A stretch of 64,000 nt of DNA, taken from IMG/VR virus record IMGVR_UViG_3300025109_000005. One strand, written 5' to 3'. Every line of letters begins with the position of its first letter. The stretch's first letter is position 1. The stretch is from an uncultured virus (IMG/VR IMGVR_UViG_3300025109_000005) (taxonomy: Duplodnaviria; Heunggongvirae; Uroviricota; Caudoviricetes). This document shows positions 37,001-46,681 of this stretch, one piece after another. The notes beneath the pieces were generated by a model, which saw only the letters and a list, made by a program, of their open reading frames with translations, did not search any database and had not been told where the DNA came from. The position numbers and the translations under genes are program-made.

Positions 37001-40000
37001 AGCCAAAAAGCTCTCTTCGAGCACATAGCAGACAAGTCTGTCCTGGGCGGGCCTCGTCGCGCCGAAGAGATCATCGCCTACACGTTGACGGATCCAGAGT
37101 TTGCAGAGGCTCTGCGGGTCATTCCGGTCGAGGCGCGTGGTGTAAAGCATGCGCTCACTCGGTTCGTCGAAATCATCGGAGACCTGCTGGGCTTGACCAA
37201 GGCAGACGAGCAAAATGCCCTGGCCTGGGTCATCGAGTACTCGGAGCGCACATTCAAGGCAGCCAAGACGCGCTTCCCCAAAGAGCTTGGAGAACAACCA
37301 CTACCAGTCAGGCCCCCAGAGCCGACACTGCCTCCGGTACAGCCAACGCTTGAGCCCGCACCACCAGTGCGGCCAACGCCCCCGGTGCGGCCTATAGACG
37401 AGCCGACTCCAGTTGCTGTGACTGAGGCACCGGTAGCGCCTGTAGTCAAGCCGCTTCCAGAGGCTGCTGCAGTTGAGCAAGGCCCGGTGCTCTACGCCTG
37501 GACTGATGGCGAGACGACCGTTCATAACTTGACCCGCAGCGAAATGGCTGAAAAGGTTCGGGCGAATACTTCCGGCTTCAACTCGGTGTGGAGTCCGGGC
37601 TTCGATAATTGGAAGCCTGCTGAGAAAATACTTGATCAAACAAAAGATGAAGTAAGTGTTCTTGTCAAAGCTGAGCCCGAGCCGACTGCTCCTCCAGTCA
37701 AGTCGACACAAGAGCCCGTGCTCAACAAAGAGGGCGTTGCTGTTGACTGGACTTTTGACGGCCAGCTACCGGGGGTTGATCGCGATGCCGGATTGAAGTT
37801 GGGCGAGAGAGACCTGACTACAGATCCGTTTGAGTGGAAGGGAGTCAAAGGAGAGACAGACGCAAACCACTTTAGAACCGAGGCGTATCTCCCAGACGAC
37901 TGGAACTATCCGGGCTCGGACAACTTCAAGGTTGTAGATGATGCTCTGAATAATATCGGTGACTCTAGCGCATGGATAGAGAGGCTCAGAGAGAAGGTGT
38001 TGACCTTCCCTGACGACGTATCCTTCAGACTTGTATGGAGGGGAATAGACAAGATTGTCGAGAAAGCGGAAGGGTCTGTTCTTGAAGAAGTAAAGGCTCT
38101 TGAAAGGCTGATGCATGGACGCAGTCGTTATGTCATACAGCGAATAGAAGCAGGCCAAGGTCCTCCCCCACTTCTCACACAGCCAGGCGCACGGCGCCGT
38201 TACATATACGAGCCGCCTCTGCTCTCGATCCCGCGCAAGGTCGATGAAGACATACCGACCTACTACTCCGAGCTGGAGGAGGTCATTGAGGGACTCAATG
38301 ATGTGTACAAGGCTCAGCCTGCGACAAGGACGAGAGCCGTCAGCGAAGCCACTCCGATTCTTTACACAAAGAAGTCGAAGGCTGTCCAGCGCGGAGAAGC
38401 CAAGGTGGGTGACCCAGTCATCGATCCAACGACGGGTAAGCCTCGACTTCATCACACCTATGAAAGCGTAGAGGTACCTCCCCGGTCGATCAAGGAAGTC
38501 ATACTCGAAGCTGTGAGGAAAAGTGCCACGCAAGAAGAGATCGAGTGGACCAATATCGAGCAGTTCATCGACGATGCCGTGGCACAGGGCAAGACGTCGA
38601 TCACCAAGAAAGAGATACTCGACCACCTGAAGAACAACCGCGTCGTCGTAGACGAGGTGTTGGCAGGTGTCATGCCTCCGCGTGTGAGGGCTGTGCAGAG
38701 GGCTGTTGATGAGGCGTACGCTCCTGTTGAGCCAATGGTTCGCGACTTTATAGACACCATGACGAGTAAGGGGTTCCTGGTCGAGAACACCTTGGCTCAC
38801 ATGGTGAAGGATAATCCAGATAAGATTTTTGGTGCTTTCGAGTCCTCCGTTGCTGGATTAATCCGTTCCGCTAAGATGGCTGCGATTAGAGCAGGATCCA
38901 AGGATTTGAGCACTAATGCTAAAAAGGTCCTGACTCTGTTTGAATCTGGCAAGGCTGATTTGTTTCGCAATCCTATGGGGTACAACCGTAAACAACGGAT
39001 GGCAGATATTAATGAGGCTTACCGCATCGTAGACTCGACAATCGCAGACGCCGCCACTACTGGAGTCAAGCTGTCTGAAGCTGACCAGCGTTTTTACACG
39101 TCTCTGAAAGAGGGGAGAGTAGAAGTAGACCGCCTGAAGCGTGCGGCATATCATGCCGAAGAGTTGAAGCGCTCAGACGCTTTCATGGATTTCGAGTCCG
39201 TCAAGGGTAACCTCGATTTACTGGTAAAGGAGCAGAAAATCCCACGCACCAAGTGGGGCACCTACACCCTTGGTGGGTACGGTGACGAGGCGGGATCGAA
39301 CTACCGCGAAGTGTTGATCACTCGTCCGATGAAGTCGCAGAAGATCCTCGACGATCCCGATGTTCAGCGCCTTTGGTATGGATGGAACGCTTCAGACACA
39401 CGGCGTAGCGTACCTGACTATGATGAGGTCTGGGATCGTGTTTGGGACCGCTACGACGCGCATGGCACATCGGTTGGCGACTGGTTCAAAAGCCTTCGCA
39501 AAGACGAGTTCGGCAGCGCGCAAGGCTCTCACTGGGACACCCCCAACGTCTTGGTTCATATCCGCGCGACTGACCGAGTAGACGAGGCAGGCCGGAAGAT
39601 CCTCTTCGTCGAAGAGATCCAGTCCGACTGGCACCAGAAGGGCCGGCAGGCTGGATACTCCGCCGAGGAGAACGAGCGGTTGGTGGAGAAACACCAAGAT
39701 GAGCTGCGTCGAGTTAAGGATGAGTGGGATGCTTGGGACACAAATGAGGGGCCACGGGCTCCACATAGGCGTTGGGGTGGCGAGGAGATGTCCGAGCTCC
39801 ATGCTGCGGAGCCTGATGTAGGTGCTGTGCAGGATCGATTACGTGCAGCGCAACAAGGCCCGATGCCCGACGCACCCTTCAAGGACACCAAGGCCTGGAC
39901 GGCTCTCGCGGTCAAGAACATCCTGCGCAAGGCAGCGGACGAAGGCTACGACGGTGTGGCGTTCACGAGAGGCGACCTCGCTAGTGGCTACGTCAGCATG

Positions 40001-43000
40001 CCCGAGAAATCCGCCAGAGAGTTCTACGACACGATCCTGCCCAGCGTGGTGAAGAATCGTACGAAGGTGCCTCTCGAGACAGTGACCATCGAGGGTTACC
40101 AAGTACCCTTCGTAGACCTGACGCCGAAGGTCAGGGCCAAGGTCGAGAGGCCCGCTCCGCTCTTTGCTACGCCACGGGACGAAGTCGTCGAGGACATCAT
40201 CCAATTTGAAAGCGACGGTAGGGTGATTCTCGAAGCCTTTGAGGGAGCCACGTTCAGAGACGCGGTCCGTGGCATCTCGCGGGTGCTCGTCCGAGACCTG
40301 GAGGAGAACGATATCGACACCTTGCTGGGCTGGCTGAAGACGACCGACCCAGAGATGGCGAGCCTGGTTCGCAAGGGCACACGCATCGTCGGAGACACCG
40401 ATGACATCACCAAGCGAGCGGAAGAGATCCTCGCCGATGCATTCGAGGATTATCTCCGGTCGGGTACTGCTCCTACAGCGAACATCACCAAGGCGTTCAC
40501 CGCGCTCAAGAACTACGTCGTCGGAGTCTACGCGAAGCTGTCGGGCGACTCTGGTGTCCGCATCAACGACGATGTCCGGAGCGTGTTCAATCGTCTACTG
40601 CAGGAGCCCGCGACCGAGGAGCAGGCGTTCTCTCGATTGCTGCGCAACACCAGGGAAGAGAAGCTACGTGAGGCAGGCGACACCGTTGATGTACTTCGTG
40701 AGATTCAGAAGGAGATCAACCGTCTCGGTGGTGCGCCCCGCAGTGTCAATGAGCTGGCAAAGGAACTCGAGACCACAGGAAAGCTCGTCATCGACAAGCC
40801 CATCATGTTCAACCGAATCGGGGAGGAAACGGGTATCGGCATAGCAAAAGATGGTGTCGTCACCCTGACGAAGAAGGACGTCAGTAAGCTTCAACAGCAG
40901 ATTTACGAGGAGCTCGTGCAGGCGAGAAACCCTGCCAGCCTCGCTCCAGCCCCCTGGACTCGTCGAGGACACGTCACCGAGGAGTCTGCTGCTGAGATCG
41001 TACGCTCATTCTTTCAAGATGACATCGGGCAGGGCACGACACTCACCAAGTTGGTGACCTATTACATCTTCGGCGGAGACGCTTATGCGAACCTCCGTGT
41101 GTTCCCTCCCCCGGTTCGACGCAGCATCGAAGGCGCTACTCGCCCTGTCCAGCAAGCCATTGGTGACCTGGTCACTCTGGCGAAAGACGGCGACTACGAT
41201 AACTTCATCAAGTATTTGACGGGTAAGTCTGTCTCGTTCAAGTCTGGTCGCCCTGTCACTTCATCAAGCATCAACTACTGGGGCGACTCACAGGACTTGG
41301 TCAAGCAGCTCTTCAAAACCCTTGACTCTAAACTGCAGGCGCGTATCTCGAAAGGGCTCCTCTACCGCATAACTCGAGAGCCTGGCTTGGTCCTCGCTCC
41401 GACTGACAAGCTTGATGAGATTGCTTCTAAATTAGTAGTAAGGTTCGGCGAAGACGTTCCTGTAGAAGCCGTAGACGACATGGGGGAAATTCTTAATGCG
41501 TTCCGCCAGAGTGATTTCGGAAAATCCATACTGCTTGCGCTACACAGTGGAGGTCGCCAGGACAACGTAAAGGCTTTGTCGATTATCGAGTCGTTGTTGT
41601 TTCATGCGGGAATTACAGCGCGCCAGGGGAAGTCCGCGAGCAAAGTTGACTATGACGACGTGCTCGGGCTCTTGAGGGAATGGGAAAATCCCATGGAGAG
41701 GTTCGACAGAGTGCTTCCCGCAGCTTTGAAGACAGAAGGGAAACCTACTGCGGTACACGGTCTCATGATGCTCGGCGGCTACGGGGCAGCCAAGAAGTCC
41801 ATGGATGACATGGTGCGTGTGGGCGTTGTTGTACGAAAAGAGGTCGGTGAAGCTTTCACTGCGTGGCAAAACGGTATGGAGGTGTCTGAGAAAATAATGC
41901 CCGAGGTCATGGAGTACGCTCGGCGTATCGGGCTCAACCCAGTGCTCATGGAGGCCACGGATCTCCTCGGCAAGAAGTCGTACCTGGCGCCCAAGGAGCT
42001 ACTCAATCGAGTCAACATGGCGCTCAAGCGACTCGAGGTCGGTGCACGGGGGAGAGGAGAGTTGAAGGATATGCAAGATGCCGGGAATTTCTTCTACCGG
42101 TTCTTGAAGATCAGGATGACTCGAGGTGCCTACGTCCCCAGGACTCGGTACTTCATCATGAACACCTTTGACCACTTCACGCAGATGGGAATGACTGTAG
42201 GCTTCAGGCCTGCCTTCGCCAGCGTGAGTCGTATCGCTGCACAGAATCTACTGGCTCTTCCCCCTATTACTGGAGGCGTACACATACTTCAGAAGACAGG
42301 TGTGCTGTCTCCTGACCAGTTCGAGAAGATCAGGCGCGGTCTGCAGAAGTACTCTGACAAGCTCAGCCAGACCATCAGCGGCACCAAGTGGCGGATAGAC
42401 GTCAACTCTGTGCTCAAGGGAGACGACGAAGTCATTACACTCGCGCACGGGGGCACCACCAAGTACTACAACGCAGCAGAGCTTCGACGCATCGCTGTGG
42501 AAGAAGGCATCTTCGCCAGCTTCGACACCCGCGCACTCGAGAGAGTTCTCAGGCAGGATATCGATAGCTTCTTCGATGCAGCTAAGAGAACGGACTCCAA
42601 GTTCGTTCAGTTCAATGACGACCTACTCGACATGACTGCGGACATCGCCGAGGCCTGGGCAGAGCGCGAGCGACTCGGCGCCATGATCACCCTGGTCGAG
42701 GCAGGCTACGACCCTCGCACGGCAGCACGTCTCACCATTGATGCACTCTACGACTACGCAGGATCCATGTCTGGGTTCGACCGCAGCTGGTGGATCAACA
42801 TGGTGCTTCCATTCTGGGCCTTCCAGAAGAACGCGAACAAGCACGTGTTCGACATGATGTTCAGCCCATGGGGAGCTTATCGTATGGGCGTCATTCGACG
42901 TGCCCAGGAGAGAGGCTCGGACGCACTGTCGTACATCCTCTACGAGGGCATCGTCGACCCATACGGTGTAGACGTCGCGAACCTCGATCCAGAGACGCAG

Positions 43001-44044
43001 TCTCGGTACTACCTGCTTCGGGCTCAGCTCGAGGACTACTTCGGCGGCCCCGAGAATGTCGACGACGAAGTACGCAAGGCGATGCACATAATCTTCCGAG
43101 GTCGTGACCAGATCTTGGAAGACGGCAAGTACTACGAGTTGAGCTCTGTCCTTCAACTGGCTCGACGAGAGGAACTCAAGGGAATGAGCTTCCCCGCGCA
43201 CACGATTCGTCGTCCGTCGAAGTCAGACCTCAGTACTTGGATGCGAGATCGAAACGTGATCCTCATTCCCCCGGCTGCGAGTGAGACTGTCCGCAAGTTC
43301 CAGGCACTCCTCGACCCAGACGAAGTAGCCTTCGTGGTAGCTCTTCCCGAGTCCACGATTGCTGCAGGGATGCGTCACATGGTCTATGGAATCGCGGGGA
43401 TCATGCAACTGGGTATCGGGTTCGTAGGAGCGCAGGCACTCACACCCGCAGACGAAGCCAAGAGCGCAGTAGAGTACACGTATGGGCCTGCGTTTGAAAA
43501 CATCATGCTCAACACGTTCCCGGTCAATCGAGCCCCTCTGCTTGCACCTCTCTTGTCCATGGCAGGCATGGACCCCGACATTCCTCCCATGCGCGTATCT
43601 CCCATCATTGGTGAGATGCTGATCTCCACCGGCCAGGTCGCCATAAAGAAAATCCCTGCCGAGATGGACCCCTTCGCCAACATCGAAGACCTGATGAAGA
43701 GGAATCCCGCGCTGACTCGAGAACAGGCCAAGCGTCTCGTGACGACGAGGGAGGCTCGCTACTACGTGGCGCCTGGAGTCGCTTCTCTGATGCTCGATGT
43801 AGCGCCTGCGTTGATCGGCCAAGCGCACCCACGACTACAGATTCTGGCTGCTGCGAGTGAGATCAACAAGCTGTATCTACAGATGCACGCAACCAAGTTC
43901 GAGCAATCGACCGAGGATACAGCCTCCCAGGTAGCAGAGATTCTGCGGCGCACTGGAATGCTCCAGGTGTACGAGACCAGACCCGGTAAGCTTGCTGGTC
44001 GTGAAATACCTCGCAGAAAAAAGAGTTCAATCAGCCCCCCTTGA
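34004..44044 (+). CDS. Giant (3346-aa) polyvalent internal virion / DNA-ejection protein
   Basis: HELIH zincin motif (36824-36838), GYF_2-like module, SHWDTPNVLVHIR...LFVEEIQSDWHQ module, degenerate second peptidase, C-terminal ALYDY...LPFWAFQKN region typical of ejection proteins. Confidence 0.8.
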   Translation: MAEPTTETPIRDIPPVSEEVLGKIEESMEPEIDLDVDQLINTTLRARQAAVTSPESARRQEDALSEGKEISYPKSIGAVIPWHAKSLGLSEDDLWRAARKQGVPLDDLVDLVGRKNKTPEEARKIVAARGVTAVMPEDIRHVKEKGKVIREAAAQRTAIREGIDLNTARRRFMPSADEYVISEATGGLMGTEAKGAEDIAQAGEFGHTMALIEESKKAKSTDKDMQDLIELRETLSGDLLGWSKYKDLYVNQRMRNLGLSEHGTEWEKEKSRFEKAALKDLAMMKTAGLWTAPIFVPIGFDEQGRLNLPSAENKSWSQAFMPIVEIVGVNNEGQVVLRQESGLKWFFELMDTPEKLIAGAVTKKETESLLDAMKRAVAERRNLFTTLGESEAAKVGGKWTSIPMGLVGFGASVLTPDLLLGAVAVSKLGSRILKFKGSAKDAAEAASELGKVIKSLSDGDPEALKTAAMLEANLFKDPKYGDTVMRDVDAIGSVLASTANNDDILSVGARALNDLLPSRLQGEWLHAHPASLRVIKTTEEGDVLTRRDRIFGFHTKREKLESAKQALNNPATRAQLLDTAFLKSLKEADYAKGLGEATAAKLKAILVGGPKPGLMADFLTDAEKAKKAIVERLKLKDAKEVVALEKRLDDLAAKAGAFAVDEDNYVAVGKLLSRVEDALDLNIEIRAGAHLMARKLLMDKFNLEYTEIASNIYKKFQHYFEVSPEGHQFSRILQKNFKVSPERADQFARILDARAGMWQRKNGLPKSDWWNTRFRFKEAEATKKPGAPEPPPATPPVAPVSPTAPIVPPQLSGAPPRQALPVVAARELPTGPDGQALKFGSPRARMDGLEPTVLWDHIGGMKKAEDVVEWLTKYGELDVTRELCKRIKGLISKDINFKITSSQRERELLKLDKLGSYDANGIKISGAGWTDTGLTEQTLVHELIHAATSAALQAGKREFKEGGNWARRARAVAYNDLDRLAAEVVEYAKNQLKKPDLPSSQKALFEHIADKSVLGGPRRAEEIIAYTLTDPEFAEALRVIPVEARGVKHALTRFVEIIGDLLGLTKADEQNALAWVIEYSERTFKAAKTRFPKELGEQPLPVRPPEPTLPPVQPTLEPAPPVRPTPPVRPIDEPTPVAVTEAPVAPVVKPLPEAAAVEQGPVLYAWTDGETTVHNLTRSEMAEKVRANTSGFNSVWSPGFDNWKPAEKILDQTKDEVSVLVKAEPEPTAPPVKSTQEPVLNKEGVAVDWTFDGQLPGVDRDAGLKLGERDLTTDPFEWKGVKGETDANHFRTEAYLPDDWNYPGSDNFKVVDDALNNIGDSSAWIERLREKVLTFPDDVSFRLVWRGIDKIVEKAEGSVLEEVKALERLMHGRSRYVIQRIEAGQGPPPLLTQPGARRRYIYEPPLLSIPRKVDEDIPTYYSELEEVIEGLNDVYKAQPATRTRAVSEATPILYTKKSKAVQRGEAKVGDPVIDPTTGKPRLHHTYESVEVPPRSIKEVILEAVRKSATQEEIEWTNIEQFIDDAVAQGKTSITKKEILDHLKNNRVVVDEVLAGVMPPRVRAVQRAVDEAYAPVEPMVRDFIDTMTSKGFLVENTLAHMVKDNPDKIFGAFESSVAGLIRSAKMAAIRAGSKDLSTNAKKVLTLFESGKADLFRNPMGYNRKQRMADINEAYRIVDSTIADAATTGVKLSEADQRFYTSLKEGRVEVDRLKRAAYHAEELKRSDAFMDFESVKGNLDLLVKEQKIPRTKWGTYTLGGYGDEAGSNYREVLITRPMKSQKILDDPDVQRLWYGWNASDTRRSVPDYDEVWDRVWDRYDAHGTSVGDWFKSLRKDEFGSAQGSHWDTPNVLVHIRATDRVDEAGRKILFVEEIQSDWHQKGRQAGYSAEENERLVEKHQDELRRVKDEWDAWDTNEGPRAPHRRWGGEEMSELHAAEPDVGAVQDRLRAAQQGPMPDAPFKDTKAWTALAVKNILRKAADEGYDGVAFTRGDLASGYVSMPEKSAREFYDTILPSVVKNRTKVPLETVTIEGYQVPFVDLTPKVRAKVERPAPLFATPRDEVVEDIIQFESDGRVILEAFEGATFRDAVRGISRVLVRDLEENDIDTLLGWLKTTDPEMASLVRKGTRIVGDTDDITKRAEEILADAFEDYLRSGTAPTANITKAFTALKNYVVGVYAKLSGDSGVRINDDVRSVFNRLLQEPATEEQAFSRLLRNTREEKLREAGDTVDVLREIQKEINRLGGAPRSVNELAKELETTGKLVIDKPIMFNRIGEETGIGIAKDGVVTLTKKDVSKLQQQIYEELVQARNPASLAPAPWTRRGHVTEESAAEIVRSFFQDDIGQGTTLTKLVTYYIFGGDAYANLRVFPPPVRRSIEGATRPVQQAIGDLVTLAKDGDYDNFIKYLTGKSVSFKSGRPVTSSSINYWGDSQDLVKQLFKTLDSKLQARISKGLLYRITREPGLVLAPTDKLDEIASKLVVRFGEDVPVEAVDDMGEILNAFRQSDFGKSILLALHSGGRQDNVKALSIIESLLFHAGITARQGKSASKVDYDDVLGLLREWENPMERFDRVLPAALKTEGKPTAVHGLMMLGGYGAAKKSMDDMVRVGVVVRKEVGEAFTAWQNGMEVSEKIMPEVMEYARRIGLNPVLMEATDLLGKKSYLAPKELLNRVNMALKRLEVGARGRGELKDMQDAGNFFYRFLKIRMTRGAYVPRTRYFIMNTFDHFTQMGMTVGFRPAFASVSRIAAQNLLALPPITGGVHILQKTGVLSPDQFEKIRRGLQKYSDKLSQTISGTKWRIDVNSVLKGDDEVITLAHGGTTKYYNAAELRRIAVEEGIFASFDTRALERVLRQDIDSFFDAAKRTDSKFVQFNDDLLDMTADIAEAWAERERLGAMITLVEAGYDPRTAARLTIDALYDYAGSMSGFDRSWWINMVLPFWAFQKNANKHVFDMMFSPWGAYRMGVIRRAQERGSDALSYILYEGIVDPYGVDVANLDPETQSRYYLLRAQLEDYFGGPENVDDEVRKAMHIIFRGRDQILEDGKYYELSSVLQLARREELKGMSFPAHTIRRPSKSDLSTWMRDRNVILIPPAASETVRKFQALLDPDEVAFVVALPESTIAAGMRHMVYGIAGIMQLGIGFVGAQALTPADEAKSAVEYTYGPAFENIMLNTFPVNRAPLLAPLLSMAGMDPDIPPMRVSPIIGEMLISTGQVAIKKIPAEMDPFANIEDLMKRNPALTREQAKRLVTTREARYYVAPGVASLMLDVAPALIGQAHPRLQILAAASEINKLYLQMHATKFEQSTEDTASQVAEILRRTGMLQVYETRPGKLAGREIPRRKKSSISPP

Positions 44045-44105
44045 TTGGCCTGTGTCAACACAGCGCCTTAACTGATAAGATAAGCAAGCAGCAGGAGACG
44101 ATTTC

Positions 44106-44534
44106 ATGTCGAACACTTTCGGAGGCTACAGGCGCGCTGGGTTCAGCTACAACAACAGCACGGCCCTCAGCACGACGTACGCGAAGATCGCGCTCACAGC
44201 AGATAGCACGAACGCGCCACGCAGCGCGAACGTACCTCCCTACTGCCGCATTGAGGACATCACCTTCGAGCTCTCGAGCCTCAGTGGACCGCCCGCCACG
44301 ATCACCTTCTACCTGGCGCGCGATGCGGCTGGTGACTACCCGCTGACCCCAGAGGGCACATCGACCATCATCGTGGGCGCGACGACTGCCTCTCTGGGAG
44401 GCACCGCTGTGGTGATCGGTCGCGACTACATGTCCACGGGCGCAGCTCCAGACGTCGCAGACACGCTCTACGCCATCGTCAAGGTATCCAGCGGCACCAC
44501 CACCGCCAAGATCTACCTGAACTGGAAGGCATAG
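44106..44534 (+). CDS. Putative virion structural protein
   Basis: Thr/Ala/Ser-rich beta protein; AGGAG RBS. Confidence 0.65.
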   Translation: MSNTFGGYRRAGFSYNNSTALSTTYAKIALTADSTNAPRSANVPPYCRIEDITFELSSLSGPPATITFYLARDAAGDYPLTPEGTSTIIVGATTASLGGTAVVIGRDYMSTGAAPDVADTLYAIVKVSSGTTTAKIYLNWKA

Positions 44535-44538
44535 GCTC

Positions 44539-45399
44539 ATGTCGGTCATGCACTCAGTCTTCGCGGGGGTCGACACGACGGTCTTCACGGATGCGTCTCA
44601 GGACTTCTCACGGATTCGGTGGATCGACTACCCCCTGGCTGTAAGCGGCTTCAATATCTCGTCACACGTAGATCATATCGGGCACTTTACATACACCAAC
44701 CCGGATGCAGATACACTGAGAATCACACTTTCAGACGATAACCATGGGCACACCCATGGCACAGGAATAATCGCAGACGCCTTGCACATGGTCATCCCGA
44801 CACCTATTGGCTCTTTTGCTCCTCCCGGTGTAGCGTCGTACAGTAGCTATAGGACACTGGTAGGCTTCGCTGTTGAGTGGGATTGGGCTCATGCGGACTG
44901 CCAAACCATGCAAATCTCATGCGGTTTGATCAGAGACAGTGGAGCATCAGTCATCACAGATGTCGATCTTCATCGGTTCTACAGAAAGTCCACGATTCAA
45001 ACCACTACAGCCCAAACAAAAGTCGAAGATATAGGTGTAGATGGGCCGTCTGCTAAGTCAACGAATGTAGCTACCTCGGTAGCAGTATCTGACGATACTA
45101 TCGGCACGAAGATTATAGTGGGTGCTGGTGGTCGAACATGGTTCCCAATGAGCTATGACTGGAAGGATGCCAGCTACAACAAGCAAGAGTCCAACTTCGG
45201 AGACCTGACCGCTAATCGTGGGTCAGGATCATTCAACGCAGGCGAGGCCTGGGATGCTGGCACTGATAGTATAGATGCGGAAAACTACCATTTCTTCCTG
45301 GGCTTTGGTGGTAATGGGAATACTGCTGGTACGGACAACAAAATAGACGTGAAGCGGATCATGTACTTTGTCCACTCAGTCGGGAACTGGTACAAGTGA
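44539..45399 (+). CDS. Putative receptor-binding or structural protein
   Basis: Beta-rich; visibly more AT-rich than its neighbours. Confidence 0.55.
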   Translation: MSVMHSVFAGVDTTVFTDASQDFSRIRWIDYPLAVSGFNISSHVDHIGHFTYTNPDADTLRITLSDDNHGHTHGTGIIADALHMVIPTPIGSFAPPGVASYSSYRTLVGFAVEWDWAHADCQTMQISCGLIRDSGASVITDVDLHRFYRKSTIQTTTAQTKVEDIGVDGPSAKSTNVATSVAVSDDTIGTKIIVGAGGRTWFPMSYDWKDASYNKQESNFGDLTANRGSGSFNAGEAWDAGTDSIDAENYHFFLGFGGNGNTAGTDNKIDVKRIMYFVHSVGNWYK

Positions 45400-45671
45400 G
45401 CACCCAAGCCATCATCCAGTGTGCCTCCGAGTCAGCTGCCGCAGCTGCTGCATCTGAAGCATTTGCTGGTGAAATCCTGGGCGTGACCTATACAGGAACT
45501 GCTGGAAGTGATGGTGACTTTCTTTGTCTGGAAAGCAGTGATGCAGAGGTCACTGCAGTAGAAGCAGCTCTGCCAGAAGGTATGGTCCTCTTGTCGATGG
45601 GATCAGGATCACATGCCATCCTCCACTGGGCCAGCCGAGAGGGACGCTTCGCCAAAGCGCTGCTGGGCTGA
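45396..45671 (+). CDS. Hypothetical protein
   Basis: GTGA-coupled 91-aa ORF. Confidence 0.6.
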   Translation: MSTQAIIQCASESAAAAAASEAFAGEILGVTYTGTAGSDGDFLCLESSDAEVTAVEAALPEGMVLLSMGSGSHAILHWASREGRFAKALLG

Positions 45672-45718
45672 TGGGTCGATTTACGCCGACATGTTATTCT
45701 GACTTCGAGAGGTAGACC

Positions 45719-46081
45719 ATGGCCCTGACGAACACTCCACTCGACCCTCGGTTCACCGATGTCGTCGTGAAGGACACCCTAGTCAACAACACCGCAGCTG
45801 CGAGCGTCACTGGGAGCACGCTGACATTTCACACCATCCAGGTGACCAATGCCGCGAGTCAGGTCAACTACGTCAAGTTCTACGATGCAATCACGGCAAC
45901 CGCAACGACGCTTCCCAACATGATCTTCATGGTCGTCAACGGAACTACGCGCACAGTCAGCATCTGTGATGGATATTCGTTCGGTACCGCTGTGACCATG
46001 CGCTGTGTTCAAGAGGCCGGGCTGGGAGGCACCACCAGCCCCTCCGGCGGTAACGTACAAGTCATTCTCACTATGAGCTGA
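45719..46081 (+). CDS. Small structural protein, paralog 1
   Basis: NYVKFYDA...P..IF...G.SFGTAV..CV.EAG..G.TSP shared with the next gene. Confidence 0.7.
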   Translation: MALTNTPLDPRFTDVVVKDTLVNNTAAASVTGSTLTFHTIQVTNAASQVNYVKFYDAITATATTLPNMIFMVVNGTTRTVSICDGYSFGTAVTMRCVQEAGLGGTTSPSGGNVQVILTMS

Positions 46082-46090
46082 GGTAGCAGC

Positions 46091-46456
46091 ATGGCACACG
46101 CCAAGATCACATCCGGAAGTAATCTCAGTACCTTCGTCATCGACTCTGCGTCAGTGACGGCGACTCCTGAGAACAACGTCCTGGGAACAAGCGGAACGCT
46201 GTTCGGCGTCTACATCGACAACACTGCCAACAGCGCCATCACGTACCTCAGATTGTGGGATGTCGCCTCGCCCACTGTGGGAACTACAGAGCCGAATGAG
46301 ATCTACCCGTGCCCCGCGTCTGTCGCCCGCATGTACACGATTGCTGAAGGGACTGCGTACGGAACTGCCGTCAGCTTTGCCTGCGTGAGAGAAGCAGGAA
46401 AGATCGGAGCCACGAGCCCGGTCTCCGCCGTCAAGGTCCGTCTACTCGTTTCATAG
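46091..46456 (+). CDS. Small structural protein, paralog 2
   Basis: TYLRLWDV...P..IY...G.AYGTAV..CV.EAG..G.TSP. Confidence 0.7.
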   Translation: MAHAKITSGSNLSTFVIDSASVTATPENNVLGTSGTLFGVYIDNTANSAITYLRLWDVASPTVGTTEPNEIYPCPASVARMYTIAEGTAYGTAVSFACVREAGKIGATSPVSAVKVRLLVS

Positions 46457-46465
46457 GAGACACTC

Positions 46466-46681
46466 ATGCCTGAGCGCCTGAAGAGTCGAAAGTTCTGGTT
46501 CGCTTTTATCGGAGCCGTCTTGCCCATCGTGGCACAGTACCTCACCAACGAGGTCGCCCTCGTTGATGCGCTGCAGCTCAGCGCTGCCATCGTCGTCAGC
46601 TACATCTGGGGCCAGGGCTACGTGGACGGGAAGGCTCTCGAGGGAGCTCCTACCGTGGTCGAAGCCGAAGCCTCTGAATGA
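46466..46681 (+). CDS. Holin-like protein
   Basis: LKSRKFW N-terminus, two TM segments, YIWGQGYVD motif. Confidence 0.75.
   Translation: MPERLKSRKFWFAFIGAVLPIVAQYLTNEVALVDALQLSAAIVVSYIWGQGYVDGKALEGAPTVVEAEASE

Noticed and set aside
34004..44044. Virion RNA polymerase (N4- or crAss-like) or intein in the giant protein
   Set aside because: I found no DxDGD/DFDID or T7-like RNAP motifs and no intein splice motifs; the promoters are host sigma70-type.
26464..45399. Diversity-generating retroelement acting on tail genes
   Set aside because: No reverse transcriptase and no template/variable repeat pair was seen.
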